Assembly: GCA_964035545.1 (NCBI GenBank)
Contig: CAXIUT010000068.1
Coordinates: forward strand, 1 to 18,516
Direction: 5' to 3'
Source of the DNA: Bugula neritina
Taxonomy: Eukaryota; Animalia; Bryozoa
DNA length: 18,516 nt
The notes under the pieces are model-generated. The model made no database searches. It saw only the letters and a list, made by a program, of their open reading frames with translations, and had not been told where the DNA came from. The position numbers and the translations under genes were made by a program. Below, piece by piece: positions 11,581 through 18,516 of the stretch. How positions within the stretch are numbered: position 1 is the stretch's first letter; every line of letters starts with the position of its first letter.

Positions 11581-11659
11581 TTGGGGTTGGGGGTTGGGGT
11601 TGGGGTTGGGGTTGGGGGTTGGGGTTGGGGTTGGGGTTGGGGTTGGGGTTGGGGTTGGG
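11581..11659. repeat. Internal telomeric tract (TTGGGG)x13, right-end polarity
   Basis: 79-bp G4T2 array with two G5 variants; no adjoining C4A2 array. Confidence 0.97.
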
Positions 11660-11672
11660 ATATAAACAATGA

Positions 11673-13846
11673 TCAGATATTTTTTGTAGACTAAATTTTT
11701 TTCATTGATTTTCCTTCTTCATAATTCAAAGTATTGATTCCATTTTTAAGAATAAGGTTAAATTGATTCTTTTTAAGCCAGTCTCTAGCCTAAATTAAAA
11801 CATATTTACCAATCCATTGACTATCCATTGATATTTTTGTGATGAATCACAGTAAGATTTCAACCTTTGTTGAATTCTATCATCTAGATTAGTCTAAAAC
11901 TCATAAGTATGATCATAGTTGTTGACTAAAAGACTGAATATATTGTCAATTAGACTCAGGTTAGCTTGACCAATAAACTATTCGACTGATTATGAACCTG
12001 ATTTGATCAATTTAAGAGGTTATGATTACTATTTAGACTCAGCTTTAGACTAGATTTTCAATTACTTTCGAATTTCTTACTTTAATTATTATTTTTCTTT
12101 TAAAATTGCTTATTTTTAAACTTTTACTTATTTTCTTTATTGGTTTATTGATAATTTTTAATTTTTATTTTATATATTTTGTTCATTATTCACCTGTTTA
12201 TTATTTATAATATTTTATTTCTTTTCTTATTTTTTATTTGAGTTAGTTTATTTCTTTTCTTATTTTTTGTCAATCTTTTTTTATACTTTTTCTTCTTAAT
12301 CTTTATTTGATTTTTTTTCTTCTTATTTATTTTCAATATAATCTGCAATATCTATTTCCTCTTCTTCTTCAAGTTAATTATCTTAATACTGTTTTTAAGA
12401 ATATATTTCTTGCAAATTATTAACTTCAATCTTTTCTTTCTCAATAAACTTTTTTTCTTCTATTTTATTGATTTTGTCTCTATTAAAGCTGATGATGTTA
12501 TTTTCAAAGAGATTATTGAACCATTTTGGACTTTATTAACAATCATACTAAGTAAGGATGATATATTCATAGGTAATTGATTTAGAATTGATCCATGAAA
12601 AAGAGTTATCAAACTATATTTGATAAATACCTTTTTTATTAGCAATAAAAGCCAATTTATTTTATCCTTATTTTTTTTATTAATGAAAAATCATCTTTTT
12701 TACCTATATTTTAGCATCAAAATCTCCCAACCAGTACAACTTGATATTAATATCATAATTTTAAATATTTGTGGATAAATAAAAAAGAGTATCTTAATGA
12801 TATATTTATAAATTTCTACTCAAAGTTTTACCTGCTTAAATAGTTATATTTTATCTTATTTGAAGAGGGTTAAAAGGATTAACTTCGTCTTTAGGATGAC
12901 CCACAACATTATTCCCAAACTTTTTAAGAAGAGAATCAACCCATTACCATTTTTTTCTGACTAAAGATTATAATTTATTGGGCCCTATTTTATTACAAAT
13001 CTTAAAGAAGAGTAAAATTTAATCAGTTAATGAAAATCTAACAGCTTCTGTTATTTTACTAAAAGCAGCCATAAAGATTTCTTCAGAATTTTGTTTTTGA
13101 TCTTAATGGAAAAGAAGATAATACCTGCAAACAAGATCAATCATAAGTCTCATTTGATTTGATTTTAACTACATATTAATAACAATTGTTATCAATATCT
13201 TACATAGTCCTCGATAACTTGACTTGTTTCTGATAAAATGCAAAAGTGGTAAATTACAAAAAAGCAAATCTTATGACTATATTTTAGATTCTTTTTACTC
13301 CTATTAATATTAAACGGGTAAAATGATGTTAAAGTGTGTTCTGGGAAGAGCTAGTTGTAGAAGAATCATGAGATCATCAGCAACGAAGTGATGAGTGCTA
13401 GATTTAAATAGATTTTGGATATCTGGTGCGATATAGTTAAGATAGACTATAAATTCTTAATAATATTAGAAGATTAGTTGCTGAGGATGCGGGACTAATA
13501 TTGAAGGCACTATTTTAATTTATTTTTATTTTTTCAATTTTTTAAGCTAATCCAACCAAAGTGCAAGTGTATGAAGGACATGAAATTATTTATTTTAGAG
13601 ATTTACTTTTGAATCTATGCATGTTTTCATGTATTTGAGTCTAAGTAGTAGTTCTGAAGTCGATCCTTTTTTTGATTGTAGTAGCTTATTTAGCATGGGC
13701 AGTTGAAATCCTTTATTGAGGAAGTGAAGAGTAGCGTATGTGAGCATGAAGTGCTGCTGAGGAGTTTTAGGTTATTGGTTAAAGAGAGGGTTGTTTTAGT
13801 TTGTTTTTTAGATGTTGTGGAGAATATCTATTTAGCCCTTTTTCAT
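11673..13846 (-). CDS. GOLD-domain protein with Glu/Lys-rich linker, 717 aa
   Basis: One 20-nt intron (11790-11809). GOLD signature ITIEAGK..NYDINIKLY..KKGIYQIEFDNSFSWINSKSITY; E/K-rich region about 12050-12480. Confidence 0.8.
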
Positions 13847-13869
13847 TGATAATAATCTTACACGAATAA

Positions 13870-15461
13870 TCAATAGAGAATCATATATAACAAAGATGCG
13901 ATCATGATCGCAATAATAAAAATAAACTTCAGAGATGCCATAAAACGGATATCTGTTAAAGGATATTGCTCTTTTCCCTTGATTATGTGATCTCTTTTCA
14001 ATAAATTGTCTATCTTAAAAGCTAACTTTTTGCTCAGCTAAAGCATAATTAGACTCTATGAACTTTGAAGAGGTTTCATCCAGATATTGATATCATCTTG
14101 ATGCCTCAACAAACTTTTTCTTTCATTTTTTTATATTATCTATCTCTACCTATGACGACTTCCTTTTTAGATAAATTTATCGTAATAATTATTTTCTTAG
14201 TCTTCTTAGTCAAAGTCGTTTTCTTTTATATCAAGACTGGAATAGTATTACGTCTTCAATTTTTAGAAGAAGGCTTTATTTTATCTAGATTTTAAAGTTA
14301 AATGACCTCTTTGAAAGATACTTTTAAGAAAACTTAGTCTGAATTACAACGAATCAGCTTTATTGAACAACTTTTTTGCCATAAAAATGATCATAAAGAT
14401 CGATTGCATAAAGAGAGGAGAACATTCCCATATTTTCTTTTGAATTAAAGATTATAACTTAAATAGAAAACTTGAAAAAGTTCGAGAGTCTACTTCATTA
14501 AAATTATAACTTTAAAGTTCTTTTGTATTTTGAAAATACTTTCTTGACAAACTTTCTACTCTAGGATAAAATTATCTGATATTCGATCTCGATGATTATT
14601 CTAATTCAGTTGAATTCATGATGATCGAGAGGTTAAGATGGATCCAAAGAGTAAGTAAATTAAAATTACTTTTACTTTTTTAAATACTTTAACTGATACT
14701 TTCTAAGAGTTCATAGTGATAGAGTCCTACTTTTCTTTAAGAGATAATGTAGACTCCATAAATAACTGTATTTTTAATGTTCGGTCTCTATTTTTTTCTT
14801 ATCTGAGCCGTGGTATCTCTAAGCAAGACAATTTATAAAACTTTCATTATTCTTGTATAGAAGTTGTAGTTAGTTTTTGTGTCATTTAGCCAATTTTTGA
14901 TGATAATAAACAATGGATTTCTAACAATATAATGATAGAATTAATCTTAGAAGAAACTTGTTTCCCAATCATCTTTTTTTCTCTATTTTTTTTATTGGTC
15001 TTTTTGGGCGGTAACACACAAAGCTAGATTAGCAAAGAAACACTAAAGAAGAGACATTCTATATGAATAATCTTCTTTTTTAGTTATTTATGTTTGACTA
15101 AGTTCTGATTGCTTCAAATAGCTTTCATAATCACTGCCAAAATTAAGATCCTTAATTAAAAATCATTTACATCTATCTCGATTTTCACATCTTTGTTTGC
15201 AATTATTGCCCTGCCTATTTCACTTTTAGGATCGAAAAGATCGATAGCTTTGGCATATTTACTTATCCAATTTTTAGTTTTTTAGCGAAATGCCTCTTCA
15301 TATAGATTGGAGAGAAGCGATTGGTTATAAGATTGGAAGAGATGGTTAAAGATGGTGATTATTTTTTGAACAGCTGCGTGAGAAGTATAACTAGAGAGTC
15401 CTTCTGCAAGTCTTTTGATTTATGAAAATGAATCTTTTTATGAATGTTTCCAAAAATGCAT
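13870..15461 (-). CDS. Tail-anchored protein, SMPD4 (neutral sphingomyelinase 3/NET13)-like, 523 aa
   Basis: One 20-nt intron (15151-15170). C-terminal WMKPLQSSESLIMLELSKKLAFKID..DIRFMASLK plus a terminal TM helix resembles the SMPD4 PIRSYE..LRFLxSY tail. ORF is secure; family call is tentative. Confidence 0.55.
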
Positions 15462-15529
15462 AGTTTTCCCGCTAATAATGATTGATTAAGGTATAATATT
15501 AATTATTGAGTTATCCACGTTAAATAAAT
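15462..15529. promoter_or_regulatory. 68-bp bidirectional promoter with TTTCCCGC (15465-15472) and CCACGT (15515-15520)
   Basis: Head-to-head ATGs at 15461(-) and 15530(+); the two CG-containing motifs each lie next to one ATG. Confidence 0.55.
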
Positions 15530-16165
15530 ATGGCAAAGAATTCAAAATTAGTGCTATTAAGACTCGAAAAATAATAATCAAAACTTAATGCAGAACCAAT
15601 TGAACAAGCCTGGGTGGCTCGCTAAGGAGTTCTAAACTTTCATTTTTGTATTTATGGACTTGATGGGGCTTTTAGCGGTGGATACTACCATGGAGTTTTG
15701 CAGCTAAGTGAAGAATATCCTTTCGCTCCTCCTAAACTATTATTCTTTACTCCAAGTGGTCGATTTTAAGTAAATAAACCTATTTGTACGACTTTTACCA
15801 ATTTCCATAAAGAATCTTGGGCTTCAAGCTGGAATGTTCGAACGATGATTCTGGCAACAATATCATTTATGAATAGTTAATAGGCAGGAGTTGGATATGT
15901 CAATTCATCTTATCTGACCAAAAGACAGTATGCAAAATAAAGTATGGCATTTAATATGAAAAATCCCCTTTTTAAAGAACTCTTTAAGAAACAATACAAT
16001 GAACACAATAAAAAGATATAAGTTTAAAAGGATAAAAATTCTTAAACTTTGAATAAATAGAAAAAAGAAGGAAAAGTTTCAATACAAGAATCGTTCGGGA
16101 TTTATGGACTTTACTTTTTACTTGGGTTGATTGTAGTAGGCTGGATAATAATGAAGAGAGAGTGA
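15530..16165 (+). CDS. UBC6: Ubiquitin-conjugating enzyme E2 J family (Ubc6/UBE2J), tail-anchored, 211 aa
   Basis: Intronless. RLEKE, FSGGYYHGVL..EYPFAPPKLLFFTPSGRFEVNKPIC(active site)TTFTNFHKESW, C-terminal TM helix. Confidence 0.95.
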
Positions 16166-16403
16166 AGTAAACCGTCTTTAAACTATGATAGAATATATCA
16201 ATTATTATCAAAATAAAATATTCTAGATAATTCGAGAATAAATTTAAGAGCTTATTGTTAATAAGTTAGAATGTAGATCTGATAGAAGTGACATAGTCAT
16301 ATCCTCTGAACAGGACAGTCTTGATAATTCTAAAGTTATCTATTTAACGATAAGCTTTTAGCTAGAAATTCTCTATAAATCGATAGTTATTATAATATTA
16401 ATC

Positions 16404-17096
16404 ATGACAAACTTTAGAAGTCTTCTCTCTTTCCAAAAAGAAAGCTCATAGTCTTTTCCAGATATCTTCAATGAAGATGATTCTTTCCTTTTAAGTCTAG
16501 GAGAACATAAAAGTGAAATCAATCAACCTAAATAAATCAATGCTGATCCCACTAACATTGAATTGCAAGAGTTAAGTTTACCTTAGAAGAAGAATAAAGA
16601 AGATGAAAAAAAATGTTTAAATCATAACTTTCAAAGACACGCAGTAACAACTATCAAGAAACTAATGCGAATGAAGTACAATAATGATGCTACATAAATT
16701 GAAAAATTGGCCTATACAATGTGGAAGATATTTATGGCATCAACAATCAAATCTAAGAAAATACTAGTTGTCCTCTTTGGAATTATAAACTTGAATTACA
16801 AAAAAGATGTAATTCTATTCAGACAATGTGGGTTTTAATAAATTCTTTAAAATGACTAAAATCTTATCAAATAGGCTCAGGAATATTTAAGAAATCTTTT
16901 TGTTAGAACAGTTTCAGAGGAAGCAATCGAATAAAACGTCAAAAACTTTAGAAACATCAAACAAACTGAATAATTTTATGTTTATTTTGTTTAACTAAGA
17001 AAGTTAATAGCCCAAGGTCCTTTTGTAAAATTTAGAATCAATGATAAAACCTCTAAAAAGATACAAAGTTCAATCAAAACAATAAAATCTGAATGA
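16404..17096 (+). CDS. Hypothetical protein, 230 aa
   Basis: TGA-free frame MTNFRSLLSFQKES..NHNFQRHAVTTIKKLMRMKY..GPFVKFRIND..*. The frame is also open back to an ATG at 16185, so the start is uncertain. Confidence 0.7.
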
Positions 17097-17562
17097 AGTT
17101 CTAATTTATCTTTATATCAATGATTTCTATCTTCTTTGATATCTTTATCTAAAAATCTCTTTTATTTAATAACTTTATTAGAAAGAAATAATGATTAGAG
17201 TGATCATTTATTTAATCTTGTCAAAAGAATTCATCAATTATTTTTTAAAATAATATTCATCTTGATATTTTGCAATGGTTTCAAAGTTGATATTGAAGTT
17301 TTATGATCCACAAAGTAACATCAGAGAGTATTTGTTAAATCTATTAATAATAAATATTGTAGTAGTTGTTAATCTTTAGATAAGTTTGAAGCTGTTGAGA
17401 AAAAAAAAATATTTTTTCCTAAAAAATATAAAAAGATCAATTTACAAAGAATAGATTGAAAAACTTATTAAATCTATCAAATTAATATTTTTATCTATTT
17501 AAATCGAATTGAAGTCATGAAAATAATGGTTTATAATATCTAAGATCAAAGAAATACTTTTA

Positions 17563-18384
17563 TCATTTTTTTCCAAGCATCATGAGAATATAAATAAATA
17601 TTCTCATGATGTAAATATATAGAAATAGAGAAGCCATGATGGGATTGTCCATGGGAAACTCTCCATATTCACCTCCAATAATCCATTTCGTAATAATAAC
17701 CAAATAAGCACCCAAAAATATGATTATCAATGTTCCATAAACATAAATTAAAGCTTACATATTTGTAAAAATAGCTGATATTCCAATCGCTAAAGCCGCC
17801 ACTAGACTAACTAGTATAATCCCTATTAATATTTTAAAATTTCCTTTACATAAAAAAGAATAAACAGTCAAAACTATTGTTATTCCAATTGTAGCAGCAA
17901 CAGCAATAGGCACAATCGGTCCAGTCGATCCCTAAACGATGTAAGAAGTAAAAAGGCTGATCAGGTAAGAAAAAGACAAAACAAATGTCAGAAGAAGAAT
18001 CGAGTCGAATGGTGTTTTTTGAGCTGATTGCACACAGCAAGCGATAACGATGGTTGCAATGAGTAGAACTATTGGTATAGCCATGAACCATAAGTTATTG
18101 AGTTGAAAATCACGATAAACTTCAACATATTGAGAAAGCAGGCAAAATCCAAAAGAGATTCCGAGCTAAACTAAAATAAGAAATAAGATACTTGTGAGCA
18201 AAATATAAACTTTTCCAATAAATGCCGTTCTCGCTTGTCCTTCAAGTCCATCAGATAGGTGATCAGTGGGACTAGCGTTCACATTATTCTAAATTTCAAG
18301 AGGCTGGAAGGGCGGTTTATCATCTGATTAATCAAACTTTTGTTCATAAGTTTGATTCGGTCGTACAATGAGGTCTTCGTTCAT
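17563..18384 (-). CDS. BAX inhibitor-1/Lifeguard (TMBIM) family membrane protein, divergent, ~266 aa
   Basis: ARTAFIGKVYILL, KTPFDSILLLTF, LTVYSF, YLVIITKWIIGG, ASLFLYIYIMRIF; about 7 TM helices; probable 21-nt intron 18171-18191. Confidence 0.88.
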
Positions 18385-18429
18385 TGAATGGTATGTATGT
18401 ATATAAATTCTGATAAGCAATAAATATAA

Positions 18430-18516
18430 GGGGTTGGGGTTGGGGTTGGGGTTGGGGTTGGGGTTGGGGTTGGGGTTGGGGTTGGGGTTGGGGTTGGGGT
18501 TGGGGTTGGGGTTGGG
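18430..18516. repeat. Right telomere, (GGGGTT)n
   Basis: 87 bp of G4T2 repeats at the 3' end. Confidence 0.98.

Noticed and set aside
11491-11694. Track ORF with GVGVGWGWGW repeat
   Set aside because: Translation of the internal telomere tract; overlaps the antisense of real genes.
12050-12480. T-rich quasi-repeats (e.g. tttcttttcttatttttt twice)
   Set aside because: Explained by the Glu/Lys-rich coding linker (KKEEKKE) of the GOLD protein.
15024-15043. 20-nt GT..AG segment on the minus strand
   Set aside because: The frame is continuous without splicing; removal would frameshift the gene.
1336-16211. Standard-code track ORFs 1336, 2469, 5848, 9916, 10218, 11235, 12460, 14065, 15984 (also 17846)
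   Set aside because: Antisense or off-frame shadows of longer table-30 genes; only 6070, 8688, 9080 and 9443 are in-frame fragments of real genes.
17275-17520. ~81-aa plus-strand ORF in the long spacer
   Set aside because: Low-complexity I/L/K composition; ORFs of this length arise readily with a single stop codon.
83-18429. CRISPR arrays, transposons, rRNA/tRNA, SECIS, conserved chromosome-breakage motif
   Set aside because: None recognisable by eye; subtelomeres share only A/T richness. A covariance-model scan was not possible.

Overview
Ciliate macronuclear chromosome-like contig, telomere to telomere: (C4A2)n at 1-82, (G4T2)n at 18430-18516, and a third full-length (G4T2)n tract inside at 11581-11659. 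The supplied standard-code ORF track is misleading. TAA and TAG both read as Glu and only TGA stops (peritrich nuclear code, NCBI table 30), which points to a peritrich ciliate. Re-translating by hand gives 14 densely packed genes, with most spacers only 23-90 bp: POLE2, an ICL/spasmin-type centrin, an LRR protein, a VPS9/GAPVD1-like protein, a membrane-anchored lipoyl-less 2-oxoacid-dehydrogenase E2-type acyltransferase, two tandem stomatins, a GOLD-domain protein, an SMPD4-like protein, Ubc6/UBE2J, a BI-1/TMBIM protein and three hypotheticals. Fourteen frame-restoring GT-AG introns are all exactly 20 nt, and 2-3 more are 21 nt. Most notable: the fixed-length intron system, the internal one-sided telomere, and E2F-like and CACGT motifs in the tiny promoters. 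All family calls come from manual translation and remembered motifs; no database search was run.
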